DNA of 64,000 bases. Origin: Candidatus Auribacterota bacterium (GTDB taxonomy: Bacteria; Auribacterota; Ancaeobacteria; Ancaeobacterales; Ancaeobacteraceae). The notes below the pieces were generated by a model. The model was not told where the DNA came from. It made no database searches and saw only the letters and a list, made by a program, of their open reading frames with translations. Position numbers and translations under genes: made by a program. Within the stretch, counting starts at the first letter, position 1; the number at the start of each line of letters is the position of its first letter. The stretch lies in contig JAKLEM010000003.1 in assembly GCA_022711655.1 (NCBI GenBank), positions 10,710-74,709 of the forward strand, written 5' to 3'. Of this stretch, positions 28,481 to 36,770 are shown in pieces.

Positions 28481-31237
28481 ATGAAAATATTCAACAAGCT
28501 CACCGGCGGTTTTTTCGTCATTGCGTTCATTATTCTCCTATCGAGCGCCCTCGGCGTCTGGAGCATCAGCCGCGTCAACAGGAGCCTGCGGTACGCGACG
28601 ACAAAGACATGGATCGCCGCCAACGCAGCGATGCAGATCAGCATAGACAACCTGACGAGGATCATGGCGCTCGAGGAATACCGCCGGGGAAGCAGGGACC
28701 AGGCGAAATACTGGCTCGCGAAATCGGAGGAAAGCCTCAAACAAAACTTCACGCTCCTCCGCCGGACAGGGCTCGCCGCCGAAGGGCTCATCAACAACAT
28801 AACGGAGCTGTACGACAAACTCGACAAGCTCCAGAAACGGTCGAACCTGATCTTCAGCCAGCGGAACAAGGCGAAGCTCCAGCTCGACGAAAACGCGATC
28901 ATCTGGACCAGGACGATAGAAAAGCTCAAATACAGGATAGACGCCCTGAAAGCGTCCAACCCCGGTGCCCACGGCATCGTCACCGGCAAGATGATCGACA
29001 TCAGCATCCTGAGCCTCTCCGAGCGGGCGGCGATCAACAATTTCCTGTCCGGTTTCCTCTCCGAGAACGACTACATTACCATTGCAGAGGCGTTCAAGAA
29101 CGGTATCGCGCGCCGCATCGATGAGCTCTCAGGGATCACCGAGATCGCAAGCGACCTCGCCCCTCTCGCGACGGTGCACCGGGAGTCGGATCTCCTGCTC
29201 GAAACCCTCTTCAACCAGCACAGGCTGTACAAGACGGTCCAGACGGACCTGAGCTTCAACACTCTCAGGCTTGTCGAAGCCCTCGAGAACATCAAGGACA
29301 TGATGAACACGAAGATGAGCGAAGCAGCGCGCGACGGATACCTTATCGCCCGCACCAGCACCGTCTCTTTCATGGTCTTCACCGTCGTCGGCTTCCTCGC
29401 GGCGCTCGGGATCGGCATCCTGATATCGACGGTCATCACCAAGCCGATCATCTCTCTGACCAATGCGTCGGAGCGCATCGCCCGGGGTGATCTCGATGAG
29501 CGCGTCGCCATCACCGCCCGCGACGAGATCGGCCAGCTGGGAGAGGCCTTCAACCGCATGGCGAGCGAGATCAAGACGGCGACGCAGGAGATCCGCGACA
29601 AGAACGCCGAGCTGGAACAGGGCAACCGAAAACTGAGCCGCGCCAACAGCGAGCTCCACACCGCCCTTGAAGAGCTGCAGGCAAAGACGGGAAAGCTCAA
29701 CGCCTTGAACGTGGAGCTGCAGAACGCCTCCCGCCTCAAGAGCGAGTTCCTCGCGAACATGAGCCACGAGCTCAAAACGCCGCTGAACGCCATTATCGGG
29801 TTCACGAAGCTCGTCCTCAAGCACGGATCAGGATCCCTACGGGAAGAGCAGCAGAACAATCTCCGAAACGTGCTGATCAGCGCGGAGCAACTGCTCAAGC
29901 TGATCAACGACATCCTCGATCTCTCGAAGATCGAAGCCGGCAAGATGCAGCTTTTCGTGGCGCCGTTCGACCTGCACGAAACGGTCGAGATGGCCGCCGC
30001 CATGATCAGGCAAAGCGCCGAAGAAAAGGATCTGACCGTGACGTGCAATGTCGCGGAGGACCTGCATAAGGTCTACTCGGACCAGGACAAAGTCCGGCAG
30101 ATACTGATCAACCTGCTCGGCAACTCGGTGAAGTTCACCAGCTCCGGGCGGATCGCCGTAACAGCGCGAAAGTCAACGATGCAAAAAGAAGGCCGAGGAT
30201 CGGTCGACTGCGCCGCCATTTCGGTCGAGGATACCGGTATCGGGATCGCCCCGAAAGACCGCACGGTGATCTTCGAGAATTTCATGCAGGCCGACGGCTC
30301 GATAACACGCCGCTTTGGCGGCAGCGGGCTCGGCCTTTCGATATCTAAGAAATTCGCCCGCATCATCGGCGGCGACATTACGGTGGAGAGCACGCCGGGG
30401 GCCGGATCGGTGTTCACTCTCGTTTTTCCGATCGACATACCGCCCGAAGAGGCCGCCGAGGCGGAAGACTCTCTCAGGAGGGCTTCACTCTCGGCACAGG
30501 GTTTCAGGACAACAGTGCTCGCTATCGACGACAACCAGGAGTTCCTAACCATGATGGAGAAACTCCTAAAAAACGAAGGGTTCCAGCTCGTGCAGGCACA
30601 CAACGGCTACGAGGGGCTCGCGCAGGCAAAAGCGCTGCTGCCCGACATCATCACCATCGATATCCTCCTGCCGAAAAAGTCCGGCTGGGACATCATCGGC
30701 GAGCTGCAGGCCGACCCGCGCACAAAGAACATACCGGTCATCATCATCAGCATCGTCGACAAGAAAGAGCTGAGCACCAGGTCCGGGTTCAGCGAATACC
30801 TGCAGAAACCGGTACGCCGAGACGTCCTCCTGAAGACACTGACGAAATACATCCCCCAGTCAAAGCGCGTTCTGATCGTCGACGACGACGAGACGATCTG
30901 CGAAAAGATCTCGGAAGAGCTTTCACATGAAGGGCTGCGGGTGCTCATAGCGCCGAACGGCGCGACGGGGCTGGAACTTCTCGACCGCTACAAGCCCCAG
31001 ATGGTCCTTCTGGAGATACAGACGCCGGAATCGGACGGCTATGCGTTCCTCGCCGGCCTGAAGACGCGCGCGGCGCTCGCGGACACGCCGGTGATCGTCT
31101 TCACCGCAAAAGAGCTCCAGCCGGACGAGCGCAGCAAGCTCGAACGGCTTGTCATGAAGATCGTCAGGAAAGATGCGACATCGATCAGGAACATATCAGG
31201 AGAGCTGTTGGTAACGCTCAGGTCGCTCAGCCGGTAG
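28481..31237 (+). CDS. Hybrid sensor histidine kinase (TM sensor, HAMP, coiled coil, HisKA, HATPase_c, two receiver domains)
   Basis: HAMP (ITKPIISLTNASERIARGDLDERV), H-box SHELKTPLNAI, and N/G boxes (GIGIAPKD, GGSGLGLSI). REC1 has TIDILLP; REC2 has LLEIQTP. Confidence 0.9.
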   Translation: MKIFNKLTGGFFVIAFIILLSSALGVWSISRVNRSLRYATTKTWIAANAAMQISIDNLTRIMALEEYRRGSRDQAKYWLAKSEESLKQNFTLLRRTGLAAEGLINNITELYDKLDKLQKRSNLIFSQRNKAKLQLDENAIIWTRTIEKLKYRIDALKASNPGAHGIVTGKMIDISILSLSERAAINNFLSGFLSENDYITIAEAFKNGIARRIDELSGITEIASDLAPLATVHRESDLLLETLFNQHRLYKTVQTDLSFNTLRLVEALENIKDMMNTKMSEAARDGYLIARTSTVSFMVFTVVGFLAALGIGILISTVITKPIISLTNASERIARGDLDERVAITARDEIGQLGEAFNRMASEIKTATQEIRDKNAELEQGNRKLSRANSELHTALEELQAKTGKLNALNVELQNASRLKSEFLANMSHELKTPLNAIIGFTKLVLKHGSGSLREEQQNNLRNVLISAEQLLKLINDILDLSKIEAGKMQLFVAPFDLHETVEMAAAMIRQSAEEKDLTVTCNVAEDLHKVYSDQDKVRQILINLLGNSVKFTSSGRIAVTARKSTMQKEGRGSVDCAAISVEDTGIGIAPKDRTVIFENFMQADGSITRRFGGSGLGLSISKKFARIIGGDITVESTPGAGSVFTLVFPIDIPPEEAAEAEDSLRRASLSAQGFRTTVLAIDDNQEFLTMMEKLLKNEGFQLVQAHNGYEGLAQAKALLPDIITIDILLPKKSGWDIIGELQADPRTKNIPVIIISIVDKKELSTRSGFSEYLQKPVRRDVLLKTLTKYIPQSKRVLIVDDDETICEKISEELSHEGLRVLIAPNGATGLELLDRYKPQMVLLEIQTPESDGYAFLAGLKTRAALADTPVIVFTAKELQPDERSKLERLVMKIVRKDATSIRNISGELLVTLRSLSR

Positions 31238-31400
31238 GGCTGCGGCTCCCCCGCTCGATCGGATTGCGCTTCTCATCGGGGTTGCAGACATAAAACTTGT
31301 GGCAGAGCTCGCAGCAGACATCCTCTTCGTGACGCTCGCCGCGGTACCATTTCTCCTCGCAGGCCCAGAAGAGCCGGCATTCTTCACAACAGTTCGTCAT
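31227..31400 (-). CDS. Small Cys-rich protein with two CCxxCx5C motifs
   Basis: 57 aa from the internal ATG: MTNCCEECRLFWACEEKWYRGERHEEDVCCELCHKFYVCNPDEK.... Its ATG overlaps the upstream ORF stop (ATGA). Its 3' end overlaps the convergent kinase gene by 11 nt. Confidence 0.5.
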   Translation of the reverse strand: MTNCCEECRLFWACEEKWYRGERHEEDVCCELCHKFYVCNPDEKRNPIERGSRSPTG

Positions 31401-31714
31401 AGGCCCGGTCCGTTCTTCCTGTTGCAGATGTGATCGCTGACGAACCGCCGGATCTCCTCGACGCATTCACGCTGCGCGTCCAAATTGATCTGCGCGATCA
31501 ACTTTTCATATTCGGCGCATTTCCGGACTCGGTCCGCTTCGTGCTTAATGTGGATATCGTAGATGCTGTCGAGGACCTGCGCGTATCCGAGGGGGGAAAA
31601 ATGGCGGGCCAACCCGTCGGACTGCTTCAGCCGCTCAAGCCGCCGCCGCGCCTCTTCGTCAAGAAGGCGGTAATACCCGCTGATCACTTCCAACTTTTCC
31701 GCGTCACTGGCCAT
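31397..31714 (-). CDS. Hypothetical helical protein (105 aa), translationally coupled to the Cys-rich ORF
   Basis: Start at MASDAEKLEV, with AAGGAG/GAAGG upstream. The track start at 31780 is a TTG. I recognise no family. Confidence 0.5.
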   Translation of the reverse strand: MASDAEKLEVISGYYRLLDEEARRRLERLKQSDGLARHFSPLGYAQVLDSIYDIHIKHEADRVRKCAEYEKLIAQINLDAQRECVEEIRRFVSDHICNRKNGPGL

Positions 31715-31911
31715 CGTTACGCCTTCACTCCTTGCGTGAGAAACGTGATAACAGATACCATGTTCATCACCCACCGTCAATAAAATATCAGAAAGGTGAG
31801 TATCTGCGGACAGCAGGGTTGCACTGATTGCTGATAATATAGAACTAAGACGCCCAACCAGCGAGCAATAACCGTTAAGAAAGAATGATCAGAACTCCAA
31901 CTAAGCCAGAA

Positions 31912-32024
31912 CGCAAAAAACGGCCGTAGGCAAGGCGCCCGACCGAAGACTTCCCGAGGCGTATTTGAAATACGCCGCAGGGAACGTCAAGGGAGGGCAA
32001 CGCCGCATACGGCCGTTTATTGCG
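31912..32024. repeat. Copy A of a conserved ~115-nt extended-hairpin element
   Basis: The basal stem CGCAAAAAACGGCCGTA/TACGGCCGTTTATTGCG pairs at 16 of 17 positions. The apical stem is GGCGTATTT/AAATACGCC. It aligns along its whole length with 62091-62208. Confidence 0.8.
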
Positions 32025-32037
32025 TTCGGATAGTACA

Positions 32038-32121
32038 TGCAGGAAGGGGGATTTGAACCCCCATAGCCTTGCGGCTGCTAGCCCCTCAAGCTAGTGTGTC
32101 TGCCAATTCCACCATTCCTGC
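32038..32121 (-). tRNA. tRNA-Leu (anticodon GAG)
   Basis: The minus strand reads GCAGGAATGGTGGAATTGGCAGACACACTAGCTTGAGGGGCTAGCAGCCGCAAGGCTATGGGGGTTCAAATCCCCCTTCCTGCA. It has a 7-bp acceptor stem, the anticodon stem-loop CTAGC-TTGAGGG-GCTAG, a long variable arm, and a GGTTCAAAT T-loop. No CCA is encoded. Confidence 0.9.
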
Positions 32122-32159
32122 GAAGCGATTCAAAACCGCGGACAAGCCTTCTACCGCGG

Positions 32160-33356
32160 CTACTTTTTCAGGACTTCTTTCAGTTTCGTCGTCAGCTGCG
32201 GGACCACTTCGAACACGTCGCCGACGATCCCGTAGTTCGCCACGCTGAATATCGGCGCATCGGGGTCTTTGTTGATCGCGATGATCACGTCTGACGACTG
32301 CATGCCGACTAGGTGCTGGATAGCGCCCGAAATACCGCACGCGATATAGACCTTCGGGCAGACGGTCTTCCCCGTCTGGCCGACCTGGTGCGAATACGGC
32401 ATCCAGCCGGAATCGACGGCCGCGCGCGACGCGCCCACGGCGCCGCCGACGACAAGCGCCAGCTCCTCGAGCATCTTGAAATTCTCCGGCGCCCTGAGCC
32501 CCCTGCCGCCGGAAACGATGACGTCCGCCTCGGTCAGGTTGACTGTCTTTTCAAGCTCGTCGACGATGTTCGCTATTTTCGTGCGCGACGACAGGTCGGC
32601 GGCATCAATGTCTGTGACGTCGATGACCTGACCGGTCCTGCTGGTATCCGGCGCCAGTTCCTTCATTACCTTGTGTCGCACCGTCGCCATCTGGGGGCGG
32701 TGCAGGTCCGTCAGGATCGTCGCCATGATGTTGCCGCCGAACGCCGGGCGCGTCTGCAACAAATTGCCGGTCGCCGGGTCTATATCGAGCCCGGTGCAAT
32801 CGGCGGTCAGGCCGGTATTCGAAAGGATCGCAACGCGCGGGATAAGCGCCCTGCCGATCGTCGAAGCGCCGGCGAGGAGTATCTCCGGCTTGTACTTCTT
32901 CACCAGCTTATCCAGTATCTTCGCGTACGGCTCGTCCAGGAAGTTCTCGAGCTCGGGACGGTCAACGACATACACCTTGTCGGCGCCCTTGTGGAAAAGC
33001 CTGGCAGTCTCCCCTGTGACGTCCTTCCCGAGCAGGACCGCGCACAGCTCGCTTTTCCGCACATCGGCAAGCTTGCGCCCTGCGCCGAGCAGTTCAAAGG
33101 CGACCGACTGGACTTTGCCCTTCTTCTGCTCCGCGAACACCCAGACGCCCTTGAAGTCGTCCTTGTTTGCCGCCCCCCTGCGCTTCACGTCGATCTTAAG
33201 CGCATCGAATTTACAGGCCGGCACACAGGCGCCGCAGAGCGTGCATTTATCAAGATCCACGACGGCGAGCTTTTCGACGACATGTATCGCGTCGAACGGG
33301 CACGCCTTCTCGCACAGTTTGCATCCGATACACTTCTCATTGACCATCAGTGGCAT
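32160..33356 (-). CDS. etfA: Electron transfer flavoprotein alpha subunit with an N-terminal 2x[4Fe-4S] ferredoxin domain
   Basis: N-terminal CIGCKLCEKACP and CTLCGACVPAC motifs, followed by the EtfA fold and the C-terminal FAD-binding region (IACGISGAIQHLVGM). Confidence 0.9.
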   Translation of the reverse strand: MPLMVNEKCIGCKLCEKACPFDAIHVVEKLAVVDLDKCTLCGACVPACKFDALKIDVKRRGAANKDDFKGVWVFAEQKKGKVQSVAFELLGAGRKLADVRKSELCAVLLGKDVTGETARLFHKGADKVYVVDRPELENFLDEPYAKILDKLVKKYKPEILLAGASTIGRALIPRVAILSNTGLTADCTGLDIDPATGNLLQTRPAFGGNIMATILTDLHRPQMATVRHKVMKELAPDTSRTGQVIDVTDIDAADLSSRTKIANIVDELEKTVNLTEADVIVSGGRGLRAPENFKMLEELALVVGGAVGASRAAVDSGWMPYSHQVGQTGKTVCPKVYIACGISGAIQHLVGMQSSDVIIAINKDPDAPIFSVANYGIVGDVFEVVPQLTTKLKEVLKK

Positions 33357-33403
33357 AGACGTTCTCCGATGCGGGGCCGCGCAAACAACGGCTTCAATCG
33401 CCC

Positions 33404-34195
33404 CTATACTATGTGTTTTTCCCTAAGTTCTCCAACCAACTCGGTAACGATCTGCACCGCGTCGCCCTTCATGATCCTGCCTCCCGCCTTCTTCGGCGGA
33501 GTGAAGATCCTGTTGACGATAGTCGGGGACCCCGGCAAACCGATCTTTTCCGGGTTCGCGCCGATATCGACGGCGGTCCACTTCGCGATCTGAAGGCTCT
33601 TCGCTTTCATCTTCCCTTTGAGGGACGGCAGGCGCGGCTCGTTGATCTCTTTAACGACCGTCAGCAGTACCGGCAGCGAGGATTCTATCGCGGTAAAGCC
33701 TTCTTCTGTCAGCCGCTCAACCCTGATAAACCCCGGCTTGATATCTTCGATCTTCTTCACGTAGGTGATCTGAGGGATGTCGAGGAACGTCGATATTCCC
33801 GGGCCGACCTGCGCCGTATCGCCGTCGATCGCCTGCTTGCCGCAGATAATAATGTCGAAATCCTTGATCTTCCTGATCGCCATGCTGAGCGCGTAGCTGG
33901 TGGCCCACGTGTCCGCCCCGGCGAACGCCCTGTCGGTAAGGAGCACCGCCTCGTCGCAGCCGAGCGACACCGCCTCACGGAGCGCGTTCTCAGCCTGGGG
34001 CGGGCCCATCGTAATGACGGTCACCTTGCCGCCGTGCTTTTCCCTGATCCTGATCCCCTCCTCGATCGCGTACATGTCGAAGGGATTGACGATGCTCTGG
34101 ACACCGTCGCGAACCAGCGTGTTCGTCTCGGGGTTGATCCGGACATCCGTCGTCTCGGGCACCTGCTTGATGCATACAAGTATGTTCATTGTCAT
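33404..34195 (-). CDS. etfB: Electron transfer flavoprotein beta subunit (resembles the bifurcating type)
   Basis: MNILVCIKQVPETTDVRINPETNTLVRDGV...TVITMGPPQA...DRAFAGADTWATSYAL...ICGKQAIDGDTAQVGP. Confidence 0.92.
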   Translation of the reverse strand: MTMNILVCIKQVPETTDVRINPETNTLVRDGVQSIVNPFDMYAIEEGIRIREKHGGKVTVITMGPPQAENALREAVSLGCDEAVLLTDRAFAGADTWATSYALSMAIRKIKDFDIIICGKQAIDGDTAQVGPGISTFLDIPQITYVKKIEDIKPGFIRVERLTEEGFTAIESSLPVLLTVVKEINEPRLPSLKGKMKAKSLQIAKWTAVDIGANPEKIGLPGSPTIVNRIFTPPKKAGGRIMKGDAVQIVTELVGELREKHIV

Positions 34196-34240
34196 CCTCT
34201 CGTCATCATCCGCGCTCTGCTGCGCGGCCTCAAAAGCCTG

Positions 34241-35413
34241 TTAGACCTTCGCCGTTTCCTTGCGCGCGGCGCCCTCTTTGATCAGGTGCGCGGCAATAAC
34301 GCTCCGCTGGATCTGGTTTGTTCCCTCGTATATCTGCGTGATCTTCGCATCGCGCATCCTCTTCTCGACCGGATACTCCCGCATATAACCGTACCCGCCG
34401 AAGAACTGGACCGCATCAACGGTAACCTGCATCGCGACGTCAGACGCGAACAGCTTCGCCATCGCCGACTCCTTGGCGAACGACTGCGCGCCGCCATCGA
34501 CCGCGCGGGCCGTCGCGTAGACCAGCGCGCGCGCCGCCTCAACCTGCGTCGCCATGTCGGCCAGCATGAACTGCAGCCCCTGGAACGAAATGATCGGCTT
34601 GTCGAACTGATGGCGTTCCCGCCCGTATGCCACGCAATCGTCGATCGCGCCCTGCGCGATACCGAGCGCCTGCGCCGCCACGCCGGGACGCGAATGGTCG
34701 AATGTCCCCATCGCGACGATGAAGCCGCGGCCTTCTTTGCCGAGGAGGTTGTCCTTGTGGATCTTCACGTCCTCGAAGATCACCTCGCGCGTCATCGACG
34801 CGCGGATGCCCATCTTCTTCTCTTTCTGGCTGAACGACAGGCCCGGCGTCCCCTTTTCGACGATAAATGCGCTCGCGCCGCGGGCTCCCTTGGTCTTGTC
34901 GGTCATGGCGATCACGGTGTACACCTCGGCCTCGCCGCCGTTGGTGATCCACTGCTTCACGCCGTTCAGAATGTAATAATCACCGTCCTTGCGCGCGGTG
35001 GTCTTGATCCCGCCGGCGTCGCTTCCCGCCCCCGCCTCCGTGATACAGAACGCCGCAAGCCTTTTGCCGCGCGCGATGTCGGGGAGGAACTTTTTCTTCT
35101 GCTCTTCGTTACCCGACAGCAGGATCGGGTATGTCCCCAGCGCCGTTGCCGCCAGCGACAGCGAGATACCGCCGCACGCCTTGCTCAGCTCCTCGACGGC
35201 GATGCACAGGTCGAGACAACCGCCGCCCAAGCCGCCGTACGCCTCGGGGATATACACCGAAAAGAGGTCAGACTCGCCGAGGAGCTTCACGATCTCCCAC
35301 GGCATCTCTTCCTTCTCGTCGCATTCGATAGCGATCGGCGCGATCTTCTCTTTGGCGATCTTCGCGGCGATCTCCTTGATGTATTTCTGCTGTTCGTTGA
35401 AGAAATATTCCAT
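34241..35413 (-). CDS. Acyl-CoA dehydrogenase (butyryl-CoA dehydrogenase-like)
   Basis: 390 aa with ACAD motifs (CITEAGAGSDAGG, ...YEGTNQIQRSVIA). The start lies 16 nt downstream of the fabF stop, with a strong GGAGGAGG Shine-Dalgarno. Confidence 0.92.
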   Translation of the reverse strand: MEYFFNEQQKYIKEIAAKIAKEKIAPIAIECDEKEEMPWEIVKLLGESDLFSVYIPEAYGGLGGGCLDLCIAVEELSKACGGISLSLAATALGTYPILLSGNEEQKKKFLPDIARGKRLAAFCITEAGAGSDAGGIKTTARKDGDYYILNGVKQWITNGGEAEVYTVIAMTDKTKGARGASAFIVEKGTPGLSFSQKEKKMGIRASMTREVIFEDVKIHKDNLLGKEGRGFIVAMGTFDHSRPGVAAQALGIAQGAIDDCVAYGRERHQFDKPIISFQGLQFMLADMATQVEAARALVYATARAVDGGAQSFAKESAMAKLFASDVAMQVTVDAVQFFGGYGYMREYPVEKRMRDAKITQIYEGTNQIQRSVIAAHLIKEGAARKETAKV

Positions 35414-35429
35414 GGAATCCTCCTCCCGG

Positions 35430-36671
35430 TTATCCTCTGAACTTTTTGACGACGATTGACGTATTATGTCCGCCGAACCCGAGCGAGTTCGACATGGCGA
35501 TCTCGACCGGGCACTGCCGCGCCGTATTCGGCACGTAGTCGAGGTCGCAGGCCGGATCGGGGTATTCGTAGTTGATCGTCGGGGGTATGATGCCGTCGCG
35601 GATCGCCAGGGCGCAGGCGATAAACTCGATGCCGCCGGCCGCGCCGAGGAGATGTCCCGTCATAGACTTGGTCGAGCTGACCGGCACCTTTTTCGCATAG
35701 TCCTTGAAGACCGTCTTGATAGCCATCGTCTCGAACTTATCGTTGTATTCGGTCGAGGTCCCGTGCGCGTTGATATAGCTGATCTGGTCGGGGCGCAGAC
35801 CGGCGTCCCTGATCGCGATATCCATGCACCGCGCCGCCCCCTCGCCGTCCGGCGACGGGCTGGTCATGTGGTACGCGTCGCCGGTCATGGAATAGCCGAC
35901 GACCTCGCAGTAAATATTCGCGCCGCGGCGCTTCGCGTTCTCAAGCGTCTCAAGGATAACGATGCCCGCACCTTCGGCTATCACAAACCCGTCGCGTTCC
36001 TTGTCGAACGGCCTGCTCGCCCGCTGGGGCTGGTCGTTTCGCAACGACAGTGCCCGCAGTGCGCAAAAACCGCCGACCCCGAGCGGAGTCAGCGCGCTTT
36101 CGGTGCCGCCGCAGGCGATCGCGTCCGCTTCACCGTTTTGCAAATGGCGGAACGCCTCGCCGATCGCGTGCGTCGCCGTCGCGCAGGCGGTCGCCACCGC
36201 GAGGTTCGGCCCCTTCAGCCCGTACTGGATCGACACCATGCCGGGAGCCATGTTCACGATAAGCATCGGTATAAGGAAGGGTGAAAGCCTGTCGGCCCCT
36301 TTTTGCATGAGAACGGTATGCTGCTCTTCGATCGTATGTATCCCGCCGATCCCGCTCCCCATAATGCAGCCGATCCGGTTACGGTCCTCTTTATCGAGGT
36401 CGATGCCCGCGTCCCTGATCGCCTGTCCCGTCGCGACGACCGCGAGCTGGACGAACTTGTCCATCCGCCTGAGGTCTTTCTTGTTGATTGACGAGACGTC
36501 GAAATTCTTCACCTGGCCGGCAATGCGCGACGGGTAGCCGGTTACGTCGAACGCGGTGTTCGCAGTGATGCCGGACCGCCCTTCGCACAGCGATTTCCAA
36601 AACTCTTCCTTCGTATTCCCGACCGGAGAAAGCACGCCGACGCCGGTCAGCACTACCCTGTGTTTGCTCAT
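35430..36671 (-). CDS. fabF: 3-oxoacyl-ACP synthase II
   Basis: Internal start [19 protein letters not shown]. Active-site region [12 protein letters not shown], plus INAHGTST and GHLLGAAG. Confidence 0.95.
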   Translation of the reverse strand: MSKHRVVLTGVGVLSPVGNTKEEFWKSLCEGRSGITANTAFDVTGYPSRIAGQVKNFDVSSINKKDLRRMDKFVQLAVVATGQAIRDAGIDLDKEDRNRIGCIMGSGIGGIHTIEEQHTVLMQKGADRLSPFLIPMLIVNMAPGMVSIQYGLKGPNLAVATACATATHAIGEAFRHLQNGEADAIACGGTESALTPLGVGGFCALRALSLRNDQPQRASRPFDKERDGFVIAEGAGIVILETLENAKRRGANIYCEVVGYSMTGDAYHMTSPSPDGEGAARCMDIAIRDAGLRPDQISYINAHGTSTEYNDKFETMAIKTVFKDYAKKVPVSSTKSMTGHLLGAAGGIEFIACALAIRDGIIPPTINYEYPDPACDLDYVPNTARQCPVEIAMSNSLGFGGHNTSIVVKKFRG

Positions 36672-36687
36672 AGTGGCCCCTATACAA

Positions 36688-36760
36688 AATAAAACACGAA
36701 TCATCGGTCGTCATTGACTTGCAGAGACTGATGGCGACCAGAATAAATTCGTGTTTTATT
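36688..36760 (-). promoter_or_regulatory. Long-range hairpin in the acpP-fabF spacer (candidate partial terminator or processing site)
   Basis: AATAAAACACGAAT (36688-36701) is the exact reverse complement of 36747-36760. An inner helix GGTCGT/GCGACC is present. The minus-strand 3' arm runs into a U-rich tract. Confidence 0.4.
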
Positions 36761-36770
36761 CGTGCGCCGC

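Noticed and set aside
28468-30048. Minus-strand ORFs 28468..29040 (190 aa) and 29071..30048 (325 aa), Ser/Leu/Arg-rich
   Set aside because: They are antisense to the hybrid histidine kinase, whose HAMP, HisKA and HATPase motifs are clear on the plus strand.
31884-31928. 14-codon plus-strand mini-ORF (MIRTPTKPERKKRP) ending in the left arm of hairpin element A
   Set aside because: It is too short, has a weak start context, and has no counterpart at copy B. It is probably fortuitous.
31912-32024. Considered whether the long hairpin next to tRNA-Leu is the SRP (4.5S) RNA, or the 3' part of a tmRNA or 6S RNA
   Set aside because: It lacks the conserved SRP domain IV apical motif (GGAA tetraloop with the flanking AGCA/GGAAGCAGCC-type loops). 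It is present in two diverged copies. It has no tRNA-like end and no central-bubble architecture.
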